Positions 49,270 to 64,000 of a stretch of DNA of 64,000 nucleotides are shown here, one piece after another (the first letter of the stretch is position 1; each line of letters starts with the position of its first letter). This stretch comes from Stegostoma tigrinum. Its lineage: Eukaryota. Location: contig NC_081366.1 in assembly GCF_030684315.1 (NCBI RefSeq), positions 36,370,078 to 36,434,077 of the forward strand. The letters run 5' to 3'. The notes beneath the pieces are model-generated. The model made no database searches. It was not told where the DNA came from and saw nothing but the letters and a program-made list of their open reading frames with translations. Made by a program: the position numbers and the translations under genes.

Positions 49270-51230
49270 AAGTTCTATATTATCCTCTCACAGTTTACAA
49301 TTCTTCCAATTTAGTGTCATCTGCAAACTTGAAAATGTCCCTGCAAAGCAAGATCAAGATTATTGATATATATCAGAAAAAGTAAGGGTCCCAAACCAAC
49401 CCTGGGGAACTCTACGACAAACCTGTCTCCAGGCCATAAATATATCCATTGACTATTACTCTGTTTCCTCGTCAATTTTGTATCCATGTTGCCACTGTCC
49501 TTTTTATATCATGATTCCATAACTTTCCTCACAGGCCTGTTGTGTGACATTATCAAACATGTTCTGGAACACAACGTATATATCAACACTATTACCCTCA
49601 CTAACATTCTGTCTAACCTCTTCAATAAAATTGCAACATTTTAGTTTGACAAAATTTCACGTTTAGTAATCCATTTTAACTCTTCTAATCCACCCACCTT
49701 TTCCTAAATGACTATTAATTCTGTACAGAATAATTGTTTCCAAATGTTTCCACACCACCAAAGTTAAAATAACTGGTCTGTAATTGCTGGGATTGTCCTT
49801 ACAACCTCTCTTGGACAAAGCCATTGTATTTGCAATTCTTCAGTCTTCTGGCATGTTCCAGGGAAAAAAATATGGCCAGTATTCCTTCAGTTTCTACTCT
49901 CATGGCCTTCAAAATGTTTGGATGCATCTTATCTGAACCTGGTGTTTTATCAACTTAAGAGCCAACAATCTATCCAGGACTTTATAAATTTTAAACTGTT
50001 CTGAGAGACTTGCCATTCTTGTCACCATATCCTGGGCATCATCCTCCTCTTGTAAACACAGATGTAAAATATTTGTTTAACACCTCAACCATGCCTTATA
50101 CCTTGATGTGTAAATCCACTTTATGGTCCCTGATCGGTCCTACTCCTTCTTTAACCATTCTCTTACTGTTTATATGCCTATCAAAGACGTTGAGATTTCA
50201 TACAGGCTACTGATCTTTTTTCATAGGTCCCCTTTGTTTCTCCTGTTTGCTCATTCACCTCCAACCTGAACCTTCTATGTTCCTGTTTGTTCTCAATAGT
50301 ATTTTCTGCCTCATACCTGTTATTGGCAAACTTTTTCATTCTCACATTAATTCCTACCTCCTTTGCCAGCCGGAGGACCCTGGATTTGTTAGCCCTACAT
50401 TTTCTGTGAGAGGAAATGTAACTCAACTGTATCTGAAACATCTGCTCTTTGAAGGTAGCCAATTGTTCAGTTGTTGTTTTTACACACTAACCTCTTATTC
50501 CAATCAATTCTGCTCAGTTGTGTTCTTGTCGCATTAAAGTCAGCATTCCACTGATTGATTTTTCTTATTTTGGGTTGTTCCAAGTCATTCTCCAACACCA
50601 TCCTGACCCCTATCACACAATGATCATTGTCTCCTAAATGTTGTCTCACTGACACTTGATCCACATATCCAAGGACCAGGTCCAACATGTACCCTTCCTT
50701 ATTGGCCTGTAAAATATTGCTGCAGGAACCTTTCCCAAACACAATCTTGGAACATTTGACCCTTGTTGTGCCTTACACTACCAGTATTCAGCCTATATGT
50801 GGGTGACTGAAGTTCCTCTATAATGTTGGCATCTTTCTGTAGATTTGTTCCTCAACATCCTTTCCACTTTTGGTGGTCTGCAGACTACACTGCACAATGT
50901 TATTGTACTATTTTTATTCTGTAACTCTAGCCAAATTGAGCCCGTCCTTGAATCCTCTGAGACATCTTCCTTCTCGAGGACTGAAATACCTCCTTAACTG
51001 ATACTACTATTACTCCTCCTTTACCTATTTTCCACCTCTCCTGAACAACTTATATTCAGGAATAATTAACACCGAGCCTCACGCTTCCTTCCACCAAGTT
51101 TCTATCACTGCCACATCATAATTCTACGTTGCAATCTTCACCTGTAACTTCCCAACCTTATTTATTATGCTTCATGCACTTATATGTATACATATTTATT
51201 CTGTTTTGGACTTACCTTTCTCCTCGACTT
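49270..51230 (-). mobile_element. Decayed CR1 LINE (endonuclease to RT)
   Basis: ORF 50467-50742 LDLVLG…HLGDNDH (AP-endonuclease end). Reverse complement tttgcagatgacactaaa (FADDTK) near 49310-49328. Confidence 0.85.
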
Positions 51231-51779
51231 CTTGAAATTCACCTATTTGTGACTCACAATGCTAGTGCCAGGCTTTTTCAAAGTGTTTTGCAGGTCTGAC
51301 ATTTTCCTTAATTATTCTTTCTTGATTCCCTCACATTGCCAAATTAGTTTAACTTGGAAATGAGGTGAATCAAATGGTTCAAGTGTCAGTGAGACAACAT
51401 TCAGCCCTCCCAATGACACAAGCTGAATGCCCCACATCATACCCTGTTGCTCAGGGGCATTTTGCTTGCATGTTACCCTGTTGGTATGATGTGGCATTTG
51501 AAAATACACTCACTGATCTTACGACTCATACAAAATCATTGACTTTTTTATGGCCCTACCTCCTGGTCTTTTAGGTCTTAATTACTGGCATTGACTGCCA
51601 TAGCTACCTGCTTCCATAATCTTTTGTGGCAGATGATTTCTTGGTTTCCTCCAGGTACAGATCATGTTTCTTACTGTTTACCTCATTCACTAAGGCCTCC
51701 AGAGCATCAGCTAAAACCTTGGAGGCCCATTTCTTGTATGTTGCGCCATTCTTCAGTTATTATATTCACTTAGTGTCAT

Positions 51780-54170
51780 AGAGTTAAACAGACGGAAACA
51801 GACCCTTCAGTCCAACTTCTCTGCTCTCACTAGATATTCTAAACTGATTTGATCCCATTATATAGGTATTTGGCCTATATCCCTCTAAATGCTTCCATTT
51901 CATGCAGCCATCCAGATTCATTTTAACTGTTGTAATTGTATCTGCCTCCACCACTTCCACTGGCAGGTTGTTCCATAAGTGCACTAACCTCTGCACGAAA
52001 GAAATTGCACCTCAGATCCCTTTTAAATCTTGCCCCCCTCACCTTGAATCCATGCCCTCTAGTTATGAACTCTACTACCCTAGCAAAAAGACCTTGGCTA
52101 TTCACCCCATCCGTGCCCCTCATGATTTTATAAACCTCAATAAGGTCACCCCTGCCTCTGATGCTCCAGCCTCACTCTATAACTCAAACATTCCAATCTT
52201 GGCAACATTCTCATAAATCTGTTCTGAAACTTTTCAAGTTTAAGATAACGAGGTGTAGAGCTGGATGAACACAGTAGGCCAGGCAGCATCAGAGGAGTGG
52301 GAAAGCTGATGTTTCGGGTCTGGACCTTTCTTCGGGGAAGGGGGCTCTGAAATAAATAGAGAGACGGGGAGGCAATGATAGAAGGTGGATAGAGGAGCAG
52401 ATAGGTGGAGAGAAAACAGACAGGTCAAGGAGGCAGGGATGAAGCCAGTAAAGGTGAGTGTAGGTAGGGAGTTGGGATGGGGGTTAGTCGGTGGGGGTGG
52501 GTGATAGGGAAGATGGACAGGTCAAGGAGGCGGGGATGAGGCTAGTAGGTAGGAAGTGGGGGTGGGGGTTGGTCAGTGAGATGAGAGGAGTGGATAGGTG
52601 GAAGAAAAGATGGAGAGGTCAAGGAGGCGGGGATGAGATGGGCTAGTCTTGGGATGAGGTCGGGGCGGGGCAGTTTTGAAGCTTGTAAAGTCCACATTGA
52701 GGCCATTGGGCTGCAGGGTTCCCAAGCACAATATGAGGTGCTGTTCCTCCAGCCTTCGGGTGGCATTGTTGTGGCACTGGAGAAGACCCAGGATGGACAT
52801 GTCATCCAAGGAGTGGGACGGGGAGTTGAAGTGGTTCACGACTGGGGTGTTGTCGCTTATCATGAACTGAGTGTAGGTGCTCCACAAAGCGGTCTCCAAA
52901 CCTCCGCTTGGTTTCCCCGATGTGGAGGAGGCCAGATCGGGAACAGTGGATATAGTATACGACATTAGTGAATGTACAGGTGAGCATCTGTTTAATGTGG
53001 AAGGTTTTCTTGCGGCCTGGGATGGAGGTGAGGGGGGAGATATAGCACTTCCTGCGGTTGCAGGGAAAAGTGCCAGGGGTGTTGGGGTGAGTGGGGAGTG
53101 TGGAGGGGATGAGGGAGTCGTGGAGACAGCGGTTCCTCTGGAAGGCAGATAAGGGTGAGGAGGGAAATATGTCCTTGGTAGTGGGGTCAGATTGCAGGTG
53201 GCGGAAGTGGTAGAGAATGAAGTGTTGAATCCAGAGGTTGATGGGGTGATATGTGGGGACAAGGAGATTTCTGTCTTTGTTGTTATTGCGGGGAAGGGGT
53301 GTGAGGGCTGAGGTGCGGGAAACGTGAGAGATGTGGTCAAGGGCGTTCTTGACCACTGTGGAGGGGACATTGCACCTATAGCCTCACCCCACCATCTTAA
53401 CCTGTCCATCTTCCCTCCCACGTACTCGTCCCTCCCTCCTCACTGACCAACCCCCATCCCAAATCCCCACCTACACCCACCTTTACTGGCCTAATCCCCA
53501 TCTCCTTGACCTGTCCGTCTTCTCTCTACCTATCTGCTCCTCTGTCAAACTTCTATCATCGCATCCCCCTCTATTTTTTTCAGAGCCCCCTTCCCCTCCC
53601 CCATTCCTGAAGAAGGTTCCTGACCCAAAACGTCAGCTTTCCTGCTCCTCTGATGCTGTCTGGCCTGCTGTGTTCATCCAGCTCTACACCTTGTCATCTC
53701 AGACTCCAGCATCAGCAATTCCTACTATCTCTTTTCAAGTTTAATATCTTTCCTACAGGAGGGAGGCCACAACTGAACACAGTATTCTAAAAGTAGCCTC
53801 ACTTTATATGACTTTATATGCAATATGATGTCCCAACTTCTATACTCGATGCATTGACCAATGGAGGCAAGCTTGCCAAATACCTTCTTCACCATCCTGT
53901 CTACCTGTGACTCCACTTCCAAAAGGATGCGCCTGCACCCTTAGTTCTCTTTGTTCGGCGCACTCACCACTGTTCGGCCATCAGCTGTAGAAGTCTTGGC
54001 CTGGTTTGCCTTAGCAAGATGCAAAACCTAAAACATATCCAAATTAAACCTCATCAGCCATTTCTTGGCCCATGTGATCAAGGCCTTCTTGTCCTTTGAG
54101 ATAACCTTCTTCACTGTCCACTACACCACCCATTTTGGTGTCATCTGTAAACATACTAACATAATTGCCA
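51780..54170 (-). mobile_element. CR1 LINE 3' part, split by a Penelope insertion
   Basis: ITRGHGFKVRGARFKRDLR (51923-52123) and IEYRSWD…LLEYCVQLW (53725-53922) on either side of the insert. Confidence 0.85.
52244..53730 (-). mobile_element. Neptune-type Penelope-like element with inverted 3'-tail copy (53371-53730, +)
   Basis: ORF 52802-53356 CNRRKC…TCTFTNVVYYIHCSRSGLLHIGETKRRFGDRFVEH (GIY-YIG). Perfect 14-bp TSD cttttcaagtttaa (52230-52243 and 53731-53744). Confidence 0.92.
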
Positions 54171-54469
54171 AAATATTCCCCTTTAAGTGGTGTAGACTAG
54201 CTTTGAATGCAGCTATCCACTCGTGATATGGCACCCTTTTCAGACATACATAATCAATAGTGGTTGCTTAGCATTGAGTGAAAAAGTTCAGGTGGTACAC
54301 AGCACAAAATTGATGTGATCGTTGCTGCTTTTCATTTAATGTGTTTGAGTTAGTCACAGTCTCCAAGCCTGTCTTTTTTTCAGGAGGGAGAAAATTACAT
54401 TTGCATTTATGGTGCTTCATACTATCAAGGAACATCGCCAAGTGTACAACCAAAATGAAACATTACATT

Positions 54470-54895
54470 GAAACATAGAAAATAGGTGCAGGAGTAGGTC
54501 ATTCAGCCCTTCAAGCCTGTACCACCATTCAAAATGATCATGGCTGATCATGCAATTTCATTATCCCGTTTCCACTTTCTCTCCACACCCATTGATCCCT
54601 TTAAGTTATAAGGGCCACGTCCAGCTCCAACTTGAATATATCTGATGAAGTGGCCCCACAACTCTCTGAGGTAGAGAATTCCACAAATTCACTACTCTCT
54701 GAGTGAAGAAATTCCTCCTCATCTCAGTCCTGAATGGCCTACTACTTATTCTTAGATTGTGACCCTTAGTTCTGGACTTCCTCTACATCAGGAACATTCT
54801 TCCCACGGAATTTTATATGTTTCCAGGAGATCCCCGTCATTCGTCTAAATTCCAGTGAGTACGAACCAAGTTGATTCAGTCTTTCTTCATATGTC
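54470..54895 (-). mobile_element. CR1 LINE 3' end
   Basis: Reverse complement FFTQRVVNLWNSLP and ctcctgcacctattttctatgtttc tail. Confidence 0.85.
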
Positions 54896-55239
54896 AATAA
54901 TTACCATGTGCAATTTCTATTCAGCTAGATTCTGCTATTTTGTGGCTATCAAAATTATCTTTTAATGCTCCAGTCCCCAGCCAACTGCTTGTTTGGTCAA
55001 CAGTTCCAAGTGATTGCTGCTGGCTGGTCAGTGCCTTTTGACACTTCCAGCAGTCGAAAGGGTAACTGGAATCGTTGGATCCATTCCCTCCGGGTGTAAG
55101 TTCCCGTGTGACAGAATAATTTGAGAACAGACTGAGGCAGCTAGCTGCTTTCAATCAGGTTCTTGATTTTGCTATAAGTATACAATTGTTATTTCGAAAC
55201 AGTTTGCAGCTCCAACCGGCAACATCAAGTTAAACGTCA

Positions 55240-61717
<6,478 letters not shown>

Positions 61718-61772
61718 AGTGTTTCTTGCAAGAAGATACAGAGAATCTTTACTTGTTCGGGCTTATTCCTGA

Positions 61773-61778
61773 AATAAA
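61773..61778 (+). terminator. RACK1 polyadenylation signal
   Basis: AATAAA 55 nt after the stop codon. Confidence 0.75.
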
Positions 61779-63567
61779 ATATTGCCTGTTTTCAACTTGT
61801 CTGAATCTCAATTTAAGTCTGTAGTCTTCCCTTTTGAATCTCTTGTTTCCGGAATTCATGACTGATTTAATTCATCTTTCTTTTGTTCATGATGACACTA
61901 TCAATCAAATATTCGTTGTGTATACATAACCCTGTTTGAATTATTTACTTGTGCAAGATTTTTGCTGTTTGCTAAATATTCTTGTCTAAGTAAAACTGAA
62001 TTGGATTGGTTCAGAAACTGATTTCACATGGGTCCTGATTAGGTAGGTTGGGTGGCTTTTATTTAGCTGAATAGTAATACTGTCACGCCTCTTGAATCTC
62101 AATGGTATTTACAAGCCTCAGTACTGATCTTGTAATCCATGTTCAGACATAAGATGAGATACTGATCCATAACTGTCTTTTCCTTGCTGCATGTGGCACT
62201 GGGCTAAATGTGCCAATCTCCAGTCCTGTTTCTCATTGCTCTGTGGGAACTTACTCTGGCAAATTTTGCTTAAATAGATTTTAAGTGCATACATTTTTAG
62301 TCTTTTGTGTTGCGAGTACATTTATTGCTAATTTGTCATGTGTGCTTTTGGCTGTGGCAGGATTTGTCAATTCTTCCTGATATTGGATCTAGCATGTCAC
62401 AGGATGCAGTTGATCTTTATAGCATGTTCTATTATTTTGAAATGACTGAAATTGTTTCATGCCCCACTGGTTATATCCTTGGTCTTTATCTGCACTGAAG
62501 CTAATTTTCAAGATTTAGTTTTAAAAGTGCTGCTGGATCTTCATTGCATCGTTCAGGAACAAGAAATATAATGACTGTCCATGAAACCTGACTTCTGGTG
62601 AATAGAAAAGTGAATTTTACATGTGAAACAAAAGCAAACTATGTTGGAAATCTTGTGCTACAAGTAGACAGATGCTCTGTCTTCACATGAGGGGATCTGT
62701 GTAGCATTTTTATCTGAATATCGTCAGTTTTTGTGCTTCAGCAAATTGACACTAAATCTTAAGAATCTGCACTTGAAAGCCAATATTTTATCAATGCTTT
62801 TGTTCACACAAGGCTGTTCAAGTCAATTCAAACCTTTGTGTCTCTGCTAGCTGTGTGCATGAACCATCTCTCACACATGCAGTTGGGAAGATTTAATAAT
62901 GTTTGTGGTTCAGTTAACCTGGATGTCTGAGATTAAAATTGCAACCCACCCCCCCCCCCCCCCCCAACCTTTCCCTGATTCACCTATTAAATTTGGAAAA
63001 TGTGCATCAAGTATATTTGAAGTTGCTGCTGAATGCTATCAAGTTTACTCCATTACAAAATTGGCCTTGACCAATAACATCATCCTTTCTGTGTCAAATT
63101 GCATAACCTCATATTCCCACGTTCCGTGTGCCAAACCTTTACCCATTCGCTTAGCCTTTTCTGCATCCTCCTGTACTATCATGCACAAACTTGGCTGTAC
63201 TACATTCACTTTTCTCATCCAAATTATTTAATGTATATTTTTAAAAATTGAGAGCTACACCTGATGACTGTGGCGTATCACTAGTTATAGATTATCATCC
63301 TGGAAATGTTCCCCCTTGTCACAACTTTTCTGTTAGCCTATGCTCTATACAAACTATGCCTTAACACTTTAGTACTCTATCGAATCCCCTCTGAAAATCC
63401 AAATATATTGCGTGTGGTACTCTGCTGTCCTATTTATTACCATTTCCAAAGAGTTCCTGTAAATTTTAGACAGGCATGATTTCCCTTTTGTTAAACTATG
63501 CTGATTGATTTAGACTGTGCATTGCTAAATGTTTTGCTATTATTTATAATAGATTCCCTAGCATTTC

Positions 63568-63850
63568 TGGTGGCTCAGTGGTTAGCAGTGCTCCCTCACC
63601 ATGCCAGGGACCCAGGTTTGATTCCAGCCTCAAGCAACTGTGGAGTTTGCGCATTCTCCCTGTGTCTCTGGGTTTCCTCCCACAGTCCAGAGATGTGCAG
63701 GGTAGGTGGATTGGCCTTGCTAAATTGCCCATAGTGCACAGGGATGTTTGGATTAGGTGGGTGAGACATGGGAAATGTCAAGGCCTGATCCTCTTTGGAG
63801 GGGTAGAGTGGATTTGTGGGCCAAATGGCCTGTTTCCACACTATAGATTA
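63568..63850 (+). mobile_element. HE1/V-SINE-type SINE
   Basis: tggtggctcagtggttagcagtgct…ggtttgattcc, central domain, ggcctgtttccacact tail. Confidence 0.88.
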
Positions 63851-64000
63851 AGCTAGCTGTGTTCTGTGGTCACTGTTATTTTTTGTCTCCTATCTTTTTT
63901 TCATTTAAGGTTCTAAATTGACTGACTTTTTTTCAAACCTCTGACACACTTCCAGACTGATTTGTAGAAGATTACCACTAGTGCATCCACTATCTCTAGC

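Noticed and set aside
52573-53421. Longest ORF (282 aa)
   Set aside because: It is mostly an off-frame reading of the Penelope element that joins the true endonuclease C-terminus; it is not a host gene.

Overview
Eukaryotic (vertebrate) genomic DNA, most likely a shark or other elasmobranch. This is inferred from HE1/V-SINE-type tRNA SINEs with CR1 tails, dense CR1 LINEs and Penelope-like elements. Two intact + strand genes were found by reading splice sites. One is a 45-aa beta-thymosin (CDS 37962-38383, missed by the ORF track). The other is RACK1/GNB2L1 (8 exons, 55423-61717, 317 aa), with a TCT/TOP promoter and a SNORD96-like C/D snoRNA in intron 7. A CpG-rich promoter with a non-coding first exon of a - strand gene lies at about 2.1-2.7 kb. 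The rest is mostly nested retroelements: CR1 LINEs, a decayed Gypsy (Mag-like) LTR element, solo LTRs, SINEs and at least three Penelope-like families. The most notable signal is a dense set of Penelope-derived minimal hammerhead ribozymes. Several sit in head-to-head fold-back (palindromic) insertions flanked by 13-17 bp target-site duplications. One palindrome has a centre far more identical than its outer arms. There are also weak traces of a decayed multi-exon - strand gene between about 11 and 36 kb. Repeat boundaries are approximate and were read by eye; no database search was run.
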